A stretch of DNA of 64,000 bases from Flectonema sp. DT1601. Lineage: Eukaryota. Positions within the stretch are counted from its first letter, which is position 1. Each line of letters starts with the position of its first letter. Shown here piece after piece: positions 41,431 through 52,713 of this stretch. The DNA lies in NCBI GenBank assembly GCA_964019425.1, contig OZ025799.1, positions 62,001 through 126,000 of the forward strand, given 5' to 3'. The position numbers were made by a program, and so were the translations under genes. The notes beneath the pieces are model-generated. The model did no database searches. It was not told the origin of the DNA and worked only from the letters and a program-made list of their open reading frames with translations.

Positions 41431-44198
41431 CACAACTTTATTATTTCGTAAAATCTGAGTGAGGGAAAAGTTAATTATCTTTCGACGTACGATATTAGAA
41501 CGGAATAAAATCAAATCATCGAACAAACGGATCCGTTAATTTAGAAAACTTTACATCACACGCAACTTCTGTAGTGAAGAGATAAATGAAATTACGAGCA
41601 AGAAATACTAAAAATCAATTTAACACGCTTCGTAATCAGTTTGTGTTATTGAGACTTCCAAACGGTGTCCTTCTTTTATTTATTCTTTCAAAACGTATCA
41701 TCGTATAACTTCAACCAGAAGCTAAGTGACGATGGATATAAGTAGTTCCCGTGACAGTTGCTGACTTTAAATACACGTTCATCAGTCTCTGTTGAACCCG
41801 CATTCTGAACTTGAACAATTCCACAAAGAGAACAACCTGAGAAGGGAGTTAGTGTCAGTTCTAATCACTTTGCCTGACGCAGGTAAGAAAAGTGAACTCT
41901 CTCTTCGAAACGAATAACAACAAACGTTTTCAACGAACACAAATGCGCAATTATAAATTCTGACACAAGTACAGAAGTTGCGCCTTAGTAGGTTTAGGAA
42001 GGGGGAAAACTAATCAGAAAAAACAAACAAACAAAACTATTACGAATATAACAAACAAATAGTAGAAACAAATACTATTGAGAACCAATTGTCGCGTTTT
42101 AAGAAAGTTTCATTATAATGCAATAAGAAGTACTTCGAAACTCATAGAAAGGACATCTTCCGTGAGACTCAAGACGTTGACTTACGTTAAGTAAATCACT
42201 GCATGCATAGCACAAACAGTGTCAGCCATAGTAATCTCACGTACATTCGATGAAGAACACTGAAGTCTCATGTAGAAGGTTACAGTTATACTGTACTTTA
42301 GTACAGGATTAGTTATTTAAAACATTCAGTTAACCTTAAGGAAAGATGTCAATAATGATTCTACGTATTAAAACACAGATCATAAATAGAGTAAACCTTT
42401 CTCATCAGCAGATGACATTGTTGTTGTTGTTTTCGTATTTAAAATGTGACTTATTGAACAAAAGCAATAGCGTCAGTAGTTGAATAGGGCACTCCTGCTC
42501 ATCCGTGAGATACTCACCGAGAACTAACAGCAAAATCTTCACCCCATTCGTAAAGCTAGTCAGTACAATAAAAACCAACTTATAAGTATATACCTAACAC
42601 AGGTAGGGGATCGGGTTTGGGAAGGAGGAAATCAAAACTAACAAAAGGGAAAGATTTTTTTTTTTTGCAGAATAGCTACACGCAGTATCGTTGCTTCAAC
42701 GAAAAACCAAACACACAGTATAAACAAAGGACAATGTCCAATAGAAGAGTGCTTTATATAGTGTTGTAGAGCAGTCAAGGCTTATATAATCCAACAACAG
42801 GGTTGTCGACGTTTTCACTTGTCACATTCACCTAACATCCCAAGTGAGTAATTACAGTACGTACCAAAATGGCAATTAGATATCTGTATTACTGACCTTG
42901 ATAAACACTACAACACAAACATCTCATGAAATAATTAACTAATTCGGTACAAGAAGGAATTCTTCTTCTTCTTCATATTCTCTACGAATGCGAAGATAGG
43001 AACCAAAAACTGACAACAGTCGCACCGCTATCATTTATATTTTGGTAAGGAAAAAAAAGAGTTGCACAAAAAAAAAAAAAAAAAGGTATCTTTAAAACAA
43101 AGAGTTTAGCTGCGCAACACTCATCAGTTCCATTCAAAGAGTTTTGACTCAAAATTTTTTTGGAAGGCGACGTTAGCTTGTTTAATGTTTTTAAAAAGAC
43201 TTTTTCTCATATGCATGGAAGAGACTAAATAAAAAAGTGAAATAGAACTAACAAAAATGTATGATTGCAAATGACTACCAACTCCAACTAACAAACTACT
43301 CTAATTTATTTATAATAAGCCAAGAATGATTTATTTACTAAGTATCCACCTGAAATAAACCAGTTGGGGATCGCTTAATTACTTTTTCTGATTAACCGAA
43401 TAAAGAAGATAGACACAGATTGATCCATCATTTCTTTTTTATATTTTCTGATAAGTTTTGAATAGAAATCCCAAAAAAAAGAAATAGACATTAACACAAA
43501 CTAGAACACAAAAAAAAATTGAATTTATTTTAACGTTAACTTATTAATTAAGAAAAGATAAAGACGACTTCTCACATGAAGTGTCGCTGATCCCATCTGA
43601 AGCAAATCAGTCGGGTATATCATCAAAAAGACATGAAAAAAAAAAAAAAAATGATGGCAACACTCGCTCTTAAGAACAATCCATTTTATAAGTAGAAACA
43701 CCCTTACTGCATAGCCCAAGACAACGATGGTTTAGTTAAATAGAATTTGTTTTGGGTCAAGGGAAGAACAACTCCACAGTTTTCCAGTGTAATTCGCAAA
43801 AAGAAAAAAACAACAACAACCAAGGATAGAAATAAATAAAAATAAAAATAAATCACAAATATATTATCCCCTTCATAATTTAATTTGGTTGCTTAAAAAA
43901 AAAAAAAAAAAGAGATACGAATCAGTAAACGAGAAATGACTTCCACCACAAACAGTTATCGAAGGATAAGTCTTCTGTATTATAATCACAACAGAGACAA
44001 CACAACGAGAACTCATCCACTCTAAGGTTGGATATACTTTAGACTCGCTTAACAGGTTGTCTCATATCAGAATCACTGAGTTCATCACTTTTACTCATAC
44101 TTTTGTTTTGTTTGTACGCAACCTGTACAAACCCTTAATAAAGGGATAGGTTAGTTGGGGTTGCCATAATTCTCTTTTCTACTGAACTGGTTTGCAGG

Positions 44199-44235
<37 letters not shown>

Positions 44236-45930
44236 CTATCCTCTCCTAATTCCACACAATACTATTTCTTTCAATGATCAATCTTAATAGCAATCAATAA
44301 ACACAAACCCCTGCTGGTAAAAGTGAATAGGAAAGACAGTTGTAGATGGTATCGCCATCAACTGCCAACTCACTTTATTCGAATTCCAGTTCCTACACAC
44401 AATTAATAACCGAATCGTTAGATAAACTGACTGAGTCCTAACTAATCGCAAAAACACTGCCTCCGTGATAGAATGGGGTTACAGGAATAGAAAATAAAAT
44501 GCATCACACGCAAATTTTGCATGTGAGGATCTCAAAAAAAAATATCATATGTACGACAGTGTAGTCATGTATAGGAGAATAGTGTCATTATGCTGATAGA
44601 ACCCACAAATGCAAAAAAAAAAAAAAAAAAAAGATCCGCGCTGAAAATAATTCGCACATCATAAACAGAGAATCAAAAAAAAGGGGAGCAGTTGCAATGA
44701 GGAAAGACTTCAACCAACCAGTACGACAGTTGTATGGTTTGCGTAGGTACGGTCTAGTCTTGTTCACTATTGAGGTTTTTATCGCAATATTCATCAGGTT
44801 TTTGACGAATCACAAATTACAATAAATTGATTTAATTGAAAAGAATACTAAAAAAACTACAAAAGTCCACATGATAACATGCAGGTGGTGTGTACTGTCG
44901 ACAAATCGACGTTGATATTACTTTCTTATTTATCCCTCTGCAGATTCTGGTTCAAAACGAGGAGCTCTGTCTTCGCACAATAACAACGAGTTTTTTCGTG
45001 TCGGAAAGACTGCCACTCATAAAAATGATAACATAATTAACTCCACAAGTGGACTTAGTCTTTCAAGACAATCAGCTTTCTTTTATGAATTGCTGATGAA
45101 GAACCAAAATAAGAACAAGAAAAAGAGGGGAAACAATACTCGGGAGGGTTATTTTGCACATCAAAAAGATTTTTTCATTAGAGTGCCTGTCGCACTTGAA
45201 AGAGGAGAAAATGATAAAATCTTAGTAAGAGAAGCGATTATATGATACTACAGACACTTTTATTCTTTTTCGTTTATCACAGAAAACACGGACAAAAGAC
45301 CGAAGTTAAAATTTGGGAGCGACGATGTGTCGCTTGTCTCTAATTCCTTGAGAGAGAAGTGGCTCCTCAAACGACTCACCTGCAGACCCTTAATAATGAT
45401 CTAGTGAGTCAGATACCTTTTCTGACCGAAAAAAGAAAAGGCTTACCGATAATACGAGACAGCAAATAAAGAAATTACCTTACTGATGGTTACCAAATAG
45501 AAATATTGTTACGAATTATCAAAAAGGGTACCATTGCTGTTATCTTTGTACTTACGGGCCTACTAATAAGTTACTCTGCAGCTCACGAAAAAAAAAAAAA
45601 AAAAAAAATCAACGAATTGAGAATACTTATTACATGGGAAAGGAGATGTTTCTTTTTTTTATTTTTTTTATTTGTTTTGAAATGATTTAAAAAATTGGAT
45701 TAACACAAAAGATAACTATTTCTGTATGGAATAATATCATTCCGTAGAATACAATTATTAACAATAGCATGCCTTGCCAAGACAGGATGATGGTGAAACA
45801 CGACAACACGCTCAGTCTAAGAAATCGAAAGTAGGTCCTCGCAGGCTAATCCGAATCGATGAAACGATCGGCGACGGGAAAGTTCAACTTGCTGGATTCC
45901 TACTTTCAAAAAAAGACATTTTCAACTTCA

Positions 45931-46899
45931 CTATGTTTGTTCCAGTGCCGCAAGTCTTTTGATAAGCGTTGCATTTTCTGCTGCTATCGCATTCTCTCGC
46001 GGTGTCAGGTTGAGATTATCTTCGACATCGTCGAGAATATTGTTGTTGCCGGTATTTTCAAACTGCCGCAACTTATTTTGTCTTTCTAAAGTACCAGCAG
46101 TCAGACTCGGTGATTGCAACGGGTCCTTTGGTCTACCTGGAGGGCTTTGACTAAGCCCCCTTCCGAGATGTAAAACATTACGTCTTGACGGCTCAGGGCT
46201 GCTGAACGATGCTTTCGAAGGTAACGGCAACGGCATAACTTCCAACTGTGGTTTCACCTTCCGGGGTTCAACTGCCGGTGGTGGTATTGCCACGGAGGTA
46301 TTCCACGTCCGTGAAACCTTTGTTTGTTTCTGCCTCTCGACGCTGTATGTGAACATTCTTAAGAACCCTCTCAGGTTTTCTTTTTGTTCTTTTTCTTCCT
46401 CTTCAGATGGGTCGTAGCGTTTTGGACCTTTAGATATTGGTTGCTTTTTCGGCTTCGGTTTTGGCTTTGGCTTCGCAGCCTTCTTCTTCTTTAATGGAGC
46501 GGGGGCGGGAACAGGAGGAATAGGAGCAGCTTCCTTTTGTGGACTAGCTGCTACAGCTGGAACTTCATTTCTGAAGTTGGGGAGTAATTCTGTCTGAAAA
46601 GAAACAGGGCTCCCAGCTAACGAACCAGATGCACTGTATCCACTACTATTGTAGTCACTGACGTTAGTACCTCCAACAAAATTCTTATTATTTACATTAC
46701 CAGCGGTGTTTATGTTGGTATTGGTGTTGCTATTACTGTTACCAACATCACTGTAGTTCGCACTACTCCCTCCCTGGTACGCCTTCTGAAACTTGAAAGA
46801 TTGTTGTCTTTGCTGTGCGGAATATTTATCTTTGTCAGCGGATCCTCCGCTTGGTAGCCCAATAATCTTAGCCTTGAACCCTCCTTGGGTGTTTCCCAT
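45931..46899 (-). CDS. Hypothetical disordered protein with possible N-myristoylation (MGNTQG)
   Basis: First plausible ATG after the TTTATGTTTCACAG acceptor is 46899. 322 aa with Asn/Ser-rich and Pro/Lys-rich segments. Confidence 0.7.
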   Translation of the reverse strand: MGNTQGGFKAKIIGLPSGGSADKDKYSAQQRQQSFKFQKAYQGGSSANYSDVGNSNSNTNTNINTAGNVNNKNFVGGTNVSDYNSSGYSASGSLAGSPVSFQTELLPNFRNEVPAVAASPQKEAAPIPPVPAPAPLKKKKAAKPKPKPKPKKQPISKGPKRYDPSEEEEKEQKENLRGFLRMFTYSVERQKQTKVSRTWNTSVAIPPPAVEPRKVKPQLEVMPLPLPSKASFSSPEPSRRNVLHLGRGLSQSPPGRPKDPLQSPSLTAGTLERQNKLRQFENTGNNNILDDVEDNLNLTPRENAIAAENATLIKRLAALEQT

Positions 46900-48311
46900 T
46901 TCTTGTATTGCTGGGTTCTCGCTGTGAAACATAAATTGTAAACAACCACACAGACATATCAACTCAACAACACCAAACTGATTCTACGTCAACTGCTTAA
47001 GAGAAATTATTATTAAATTTAATAAATAAAAAAGATAAAATCGAATATAATAAAAAACGACTCTCAAAAAAAAAAAAAAAAACGATAAAAAAAAAATTAC
47101 AGAAACTGATACTACTTTATGTATTGGAAGGGAAGATAAACTAAAAAAACAACATTTTTTTACAAAAAATAACAAATCATTGCTGTGAAGACAACAGTTA
47201 AAATATGAGTTTGTAATAAAAAACACATCGTTTCTGCTGTTCCACAACACGCTGTGGAAGACAACAATTAAATAACTTCTGCTGACATCAGTTTGACTCA
47301 TCTCTGAGTGTGATCAGATTGCATCTCCTGATTTCATCACAACTAGAAAGGAGTAATAACAACAACAACACTTAACGTGATCAGGAGAGGGATTAAAAAA
47401 AAAAAAAAAAAAGAGAATTCTATCACATTACGCGATGACTGTTATTAATATTTAAAAAAAATTTTTTTTTTTCATTCAAACCATTCCTGACCACTCATAA
47501 GTGCAATTCCAACAAAATAACGAAAGCACAAGTCACAGTGAGATACCTACCAAGACTGTAGAATCTTTAGCAAGGTCACTCTCGGACTAAGAGTGGTGCT
47601 GAAAGAAAGATGCGATGCATATTAACTCATCAAGCCACAGAATAATAAGTGTTCTAATTACAGTAATTTCATAACTCGTATATAGCATTCTGTGATCAAG
47701 TATAATTTATAGCTCTCCACCTCGAAAGGGGTAGCGAAGCGACTTGAAAGGATTCAAGATAACCAGATTTTTTATCAAATAGAATTCACAAAAGAATTTT
47801 AAAAAAATACGCGACACGGATCTTTGGTTCCAAGGGATCCATTTTGAATGGAAAATTACCAAAAGTAGTAGTGGAACACACAGCTTTTTATTTTAATAAA
47901 AACAAAATTAAGGTTTTCAAACGATGACCGACACTAAGAAATACACAAAGAGTTAGAGAGAGAGAAAACAAAGAGCTAAAGGCTTTTAGGCATCCGGGCA
48001 AAGCAGTATTCTCGTTTGGATTCAGTACTGCGGTTCTTTGTGATAAGTAAATCTGTGCAAATAGTTCTTTTCGATAACAATCGGAATATATTACAAAATT
48101 CCTACAATTATCATTTGGTTACAAGCAAAAAAAAACAATAAAAAAAAAAAGACAAAAAAAAAAAAAAAAAAATCCCCTTAAAAAAGTTAATAATAAGGTA
48201 TTCAACTCCCCGAAAGGTTATAAAACTCAAAAGGAAGCAACTAAAACCAGACATTCAAGTCAGGAATACACCACATGTAATGATTGCAATGTCAACAGTA
48301 GTCGGTTGGGA

Positions 48312-50360
48312 TCACAATCCAGACTTCTCATCTCCTCTGAATAATCCTTTTTTATATAAGTGAGGTCTCGTAAAGTCCTGAAATGAACATCTAAATGAGA
48401 ACACCGACTTCTTTCGTACGATTGGATCAGGTGCTCCAACAGACGGAGGAATTGGAAGTAACGTTGCTCTCGTCGCAGAACTGTTAATAGAGCTGTTACT
48501 ACTATTCGACTGTGATTGTGATGTGCGAGGAGAATGATCCTGAGAAGAACGAGTCTTAATATAAGTTACGTTAATACTGTATCTATCAGCTGCTAATCTT
48601 TCAAGGTCAGCAGCAGATGTAACGCTGATGTTGTTTATTCTTTTAATAGTTGTTCCCACTAAAGGGTACAGTGCTGGTTCTTGTACATCAACAACTTCAA
48701 GACCAGTACTACTGAGGGTTACGTTGTTTACTAAAGCTCCTGATTGTTGTTGATTATAAATTAGAGTCCAAGATCTGAGTGAGTTCAGACTTGATTGGGA
48801 ACTTGAATTCTTAGGATGGACTTTTGATAGCATGTGAGCAATCTCTTGTTGCTCTCGTACCCGTTGCTGTATAGTTGGTTTCGTAGTGTGAAAAGCTCCG
48901 TCTTCATACTCGATCCTCATTGGTGAGCCAGTAGAGTTTGTGAGAAGAGGAACTAATTCTTTCATTGTAGTACAAGACTTTCTGTTTACTTTTGTTATTC
49001 TTTTTCCTACCAAACATTGAACATCACTCCGTGATGATTTTGTTACTACTAAGTCTGCTGAAACAGTCGCTCCAAAAGGCTCTCTTTCCTTTCTGATTAT
49101 TGTTACTTCTCCTCCACCACTTCTTTTGATTGTCTTCATAGTGACTGCTACATTTCCTGATGACGGAACTGTGTTACGAATATCGTTCAGGGTTAATACT
49201 TGAGTTCCATTGATATGAGTTATCTGACTACCAACATGTTTACTAAACTCTTCTCTATTCGATTGAGTTATTATTAAATTATCAGATAAAAGTACTCCGA
49301 AAGGTTCTTCTATTGAAGTTCTATTAAAACTGATGATGATTTCATTTCCTTCTTCTGATTCAATTTTTGCTTCACGAAAACGAACAACGTGTTTACCATT
49401 TGAGGTAATCAGAGGAGTAATATTCTTAATATTACGAACAAGAACATTATCAACATGTGTAATCTGTTTACCGATGATTGATAAGAATGCTTCTCTTGTT
49501 GCCCGTTGTACAATAAGAGTATCAGGAGATAAGGTGACTCCCAGATTCAACTCTCCGGGTAACCTTTCAAATTGAATTGTGCCACTTTCTGGAGAGTGTG
49601 GTTCTGTTCCGTTATTTGGTGATAAACTTCCGATCACATCACTCACAGGTGATGAGTTTGTTTTAACTTCACGATAGCTAACAACATGAGTACCAATCGG
49701 TGATATCGCTATACCTAGTTGATGTAGATTATCACAGCTGACCCCATCAATGTGAGTTATTTGCTTTCCAATGATAGGAACAAATTCCCGACGGGTTGCA
49801 TCCTGAATAATAAGTGTTTTCTCATCTAACTTAACACCGAGAGAGATGTCAGTTAAAAGTTTAGTAAATGAAATAGTTCCCGACGATGGTACGGATTGTT
49901 CTATTCTTTCAATATATCCAACAGGTGCCTTAACATATGTAACCGTGTACGACTTCCCTTCACACTGAGATTTGATTTTTTCAACTGATTGTTTTGATGT
50001 ACATTCTCTATTATTAACCTTAAGAATTAATTGATGTTTTAAACAGTCCAGTCCAGGACTGTAAGTTGTTACAAGTGGAGGTGTTTGGTAGACATCGAAA
50101 TCCTCTCCAACTGGAACGGTCATGGTCTTTATGTCTTCTTTCTCTACAGTTACGGTAATTTCACCCTCTGGATACTTGTCAAGGATACTTTTTAACTCTT
50201 CCTTTGTACTGCAAGGTTCATTATTCATGCTTGTGATGACAAGCCCTCTAACTTCATGAAGCTCATCCCTAGAAGCGCTTTCTATTACAAGTCTTCCTGG
50301 ACCTATTGTGACACCCAGTGTCTCTCCTGCTTCTTTTCTAAATCTGACTGTTTTCGACAT
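48312..50360 (-). CDS. Protein with about 7 tandem degenerate PDZ-like domains
   Basis: Repeated 75-80-aa unit of the form xFxRxxxExxLGVxL...LxIxxxxR...GKQITHIDG. Confidence 0.7.
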   Translation of the reverse strand: MSKTVRFRKEAGETLGVTIGPGRLVIESASRDELHEVRGLVITSMNNEPCSTKEELKSILDKYPEGEITVTVEKEDIKTMTVPVGEDFDVYQTPPLVTTYSPGLDCLKHQLILKVNNRECTSKQSVEKIKSQCEGKSYTVTYVKAPVGYIERIEQSVPSSGTISFTKLLTDISLGVKLDEKTLIIQDATRREFVPIIGKQITHIDGVSCDNLHQLGIAISPIGTHVVSYREVKTNSSPVSDVIGSLSPNNGTEPHSPESGTIQFERLPGELNLGVTLSPDTLIVQRATREAFLSIIGKQITHVDNVLVRNIKNITPLITSNGKHVVRFREAKIESEEGNEIIISFNRTSIEEPFGVLLSDNLIITQSNREEFSKHVGSQITHINGTQVLTLNDIRNTVPSSGNVAVTMKTIKRSGGGEVTIIRKEREPFGATVSADLVVTKSSRSDVQCLVGKRITKVNRKSCTTMKELVPLLTNSTGSPMRIEYEDGAFHTTKPTIQQRVREQQEIAHMLSKVHPKNSSSQSSLNSLRSWTLIYNQQQSGALVNNVTLSSTGLEVVDVQEPALYPLVGTTIKRINNISVTSAADLERLAADRYSINVTYIKTRSSQDHSPRTSQSQSNSSNSSINSSATRATLLPIPPSVGAPDPIVRKKSVFSFRCSFQDFTRPHLYKKGLFRGDEKSGL

Positions 50361-50845
50361 GGTTTTTGGTGTCACCTTGAGAGATGAGATATAATTAACT
50401 TTTGTAAGACAAATCTCACATTGAGGGTCAGTATTCCCACATTGACTACTTGTCAGTGTAATGTAATAGTTGTTTAACTTTGATGAGAGGAATGCTGAGA
50501 CAACACTAACTCAGAATAACAAAAATAAAGTACCAAAAAAAAAAAAAAGTAATTAAATATTTCAGTTGCTTTCGCATCTGAACACAAAATCTGAAAGGGA
50601 TAACGAGAGCATCGTTTTTTTTATTTGTTGTGTCTACTTAGCAGAACAGAGACTCAGCAAACGTACACACAAAGTTATGGGATAAACGTATAATACGTGG
50701 TACAAAGAAAAACATAAATAACAGTAAACTACTAATAGCAGTTACAAATTATTAATAAAAAAAATCAAATTAAAGAATTCGCAATAATAGGTTCGAACCA
50801 ATAGCCGATACTAAAACCTTAAACAATATCAGTGGCGGCTCTACT

Positions 50846-52501
50846 TTATGGTCCAATAGGAATCTTCAGCATGTCAGAACAGGAAACTCCTACATGTCTA
50901 ATTGCTGTGAGTCTTCTTTTTGTTTGTCTAGAAGCGGATTGTCGTTTTTTAACATTTCGACTACGATGGTAGTCAGCGACCTCATCACAACTTTGAGAAG
51001 ATTTCATTCTAATATGGTACAGTGCTTTGGTTACAGCCCAAGATCCTAAAATAGGAATCCCAATAAATTCGTTTATAAGAATCACACGAGGAATTCTAAT
51101 TCGGTTTAAGAATGCAAACGTTATAACAATTCCTGGTAAGCTGTATTGTTGATATCTATCGCTGTGGTAGTCACGTGGAAGAGGCATGCCAACTGACATT
51201 GCGAGAGACAGTTTTTCAGGAGATAATATTAAGTTACGAGTTTCAATGTGTTTAGAAAGTTTAAATAAACAACTATTTATAGTCGGTTCTTGGACAGCTA
51301 TTCGACACAATGGTCTGATTGTCATTGTCTGCTTCAGAAACAGAGAACGAGAAGTGTTTAAGATCTCAATCAACGCTGCTGGAGTGACATCACAAATAGG
51401 AAGAAGAGTTTCAGCAATTCGAATGTTTGATTTTAAAGTGTTTATAAAAGTTTTATCGTCACATGCCATAACAAACTCAGGTTGTTTCAGAAGATACCTC
51501 ACGACTGTGACGCTGTTCGAAGTTATCGCCGTCTTTAATAACTTTTCGTTGTTTAGTATTCTTCTCGCCGTCGTTGAATTAATATTTCTGAGTGATTCCT
51601 TTAATCCTTTCAGATCACCTCTTTCAACATATTTCATAATACTTTGCGATAGACCAACTCTGTCTTTCCCACGTACTGGACTTCTTACGACGCTGTAATC
51701 AAAAATACATTCTCCGAACTTACTTGAAATTAATAAATCAAAAGCAGTACTGATACCTCTACTGTGGTATTCATCAGCTTGTTGGTTAATCACGACTGTG
51801 ATGTTATCTTGTAACTGATGTTGCTGAAACCCTGTGTGTCCGATAACTATTTTCCCGCTGGCTAATTTTCTTGGTCTGCACGATGATTTTACTATTAAGT
51901 TTTTGATCAACTGAAGTGAATTAGGACAGCTGTATGACATCACATGTTTGTGTCGTCTTTTTATATCATCAAAAGAACATTGCAAGGAAGGGTCTCTGAA
52001 CTCATCTTCATTGAGATCGATCGATATAAATAATTGTACTGACTTCGCAGTTGGAGTACACTCGAAAACGTCTCCGTTGATATGTTTGTAATATTTTATT
52101 ATATTTTTATACAACACAACAGCTGTTAATTTCAGTGAAACGATGTGAGGTGTTGTGGGATAGAGCCGGCGTGGGTGAATCCAATTACTAGGTGGTTCTA
52201 ACTTCACAAGTCTGTGAGATATTTCCTTTATAGCAAAGTTATTAATAATGAGTATCAACTCACTCGGTAGTTCGTGACGTTCATTTTTACGATGCTCAAG
52301 TAGCCACCAAACCCGAGTTAGAGTTCTGATTATTTTAAAATTTGTTGAATCTAACACACTACTAAGATCTTTATCGACTGATATTTTTATATTCTTGCGT
52401 CGTTTTCTTGTATTCGATGTTTTCTGTTGTTTGTTAATAAAAAACAAAACCGACCTCATTCCCCAACATATTAATCCTACTAATAACAATAGCCATATCA
52501 T
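50846..52501 (-). CDS. Hypothetical protein with N-terminal signal/anchor, possible F-box-like motif and degenerate ankyrin-like repeats
   Basis: 551-aa ORF. MIWLLLLVGLICWG; ELPSELILIINNF; YVERGDLKGLKESL and LLKTAITSNSVTVVRYLL. Confidence 0.6.
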   Translation of the reverse strand: MIWLLLLVGLICWGMRSVLFFINKQQKTSNTRKRRKNIKISVDKDLSSVLDSTNFKIIRTLTRVWWLLEHRKNERHELPSELILIINNFAIKEISHRLVKLEPPSNWIHPRRLYPTTPHIVSLKLTAVVLYKNIIKYYKHINGDVFECTPTAKSVQLFISIDLNEDEFRDPSLQCSFDDIKRRHKHVMSYSCPNSLQLIKNLIVKSSCRPRKLASGKIVIGHTGFQQHQLQDNITVVINQQADEYHSRGISTAFDLLISSKFGECIFDYSVVRSPVRGKDRVGLSQSIMKYVERGDLKGLKESLRNINSTTARRILNNEKLLKTAITSNSVTVVRYLLKQPEFVMACDDKTFINTLKSNIRIAETLLPICDVTPAALIEILNTSRSLFLKQTMTIRPLCRIAVQEPTINSCLFKLSKHIETRNLILSPEKLSLAMSVGMPLPRDYHSDRYQQYSLPGIVITFAFLNRIRIPRVILINEFIGIPILGSWAVTKALYHIRMKSSQSCDEVADYHRSRNVKKRQSASRQTKRRLTAIRHVGVSCSDMLKIPIGP

Positions 52502-52713
52502 TTTTTAAGGGGTGTAATACTTTTTGAAATTTTAAATTATTTTATTAAAACAAATTCAAACTAAAGACTAAAAATAACACAAATAAGGATGACGAGTTTG
52601 TAACGTATCAAATAGGTCGAATACAAATTTAAATAAATTAACGAGAGAGATGATGTGTAAATGATTAAAGTGAAAAGAGTTGATATTCTACTTCACTATC
52701 ACCATAGAAATCA

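Noticed and set aside
33470..41526. Three separate genes, or a frameshifted pseudogene
   Set aside because: Two GT-AG introns join the ORFs into one continuous frame, with Walker A and Walker B on either side of intron 2.
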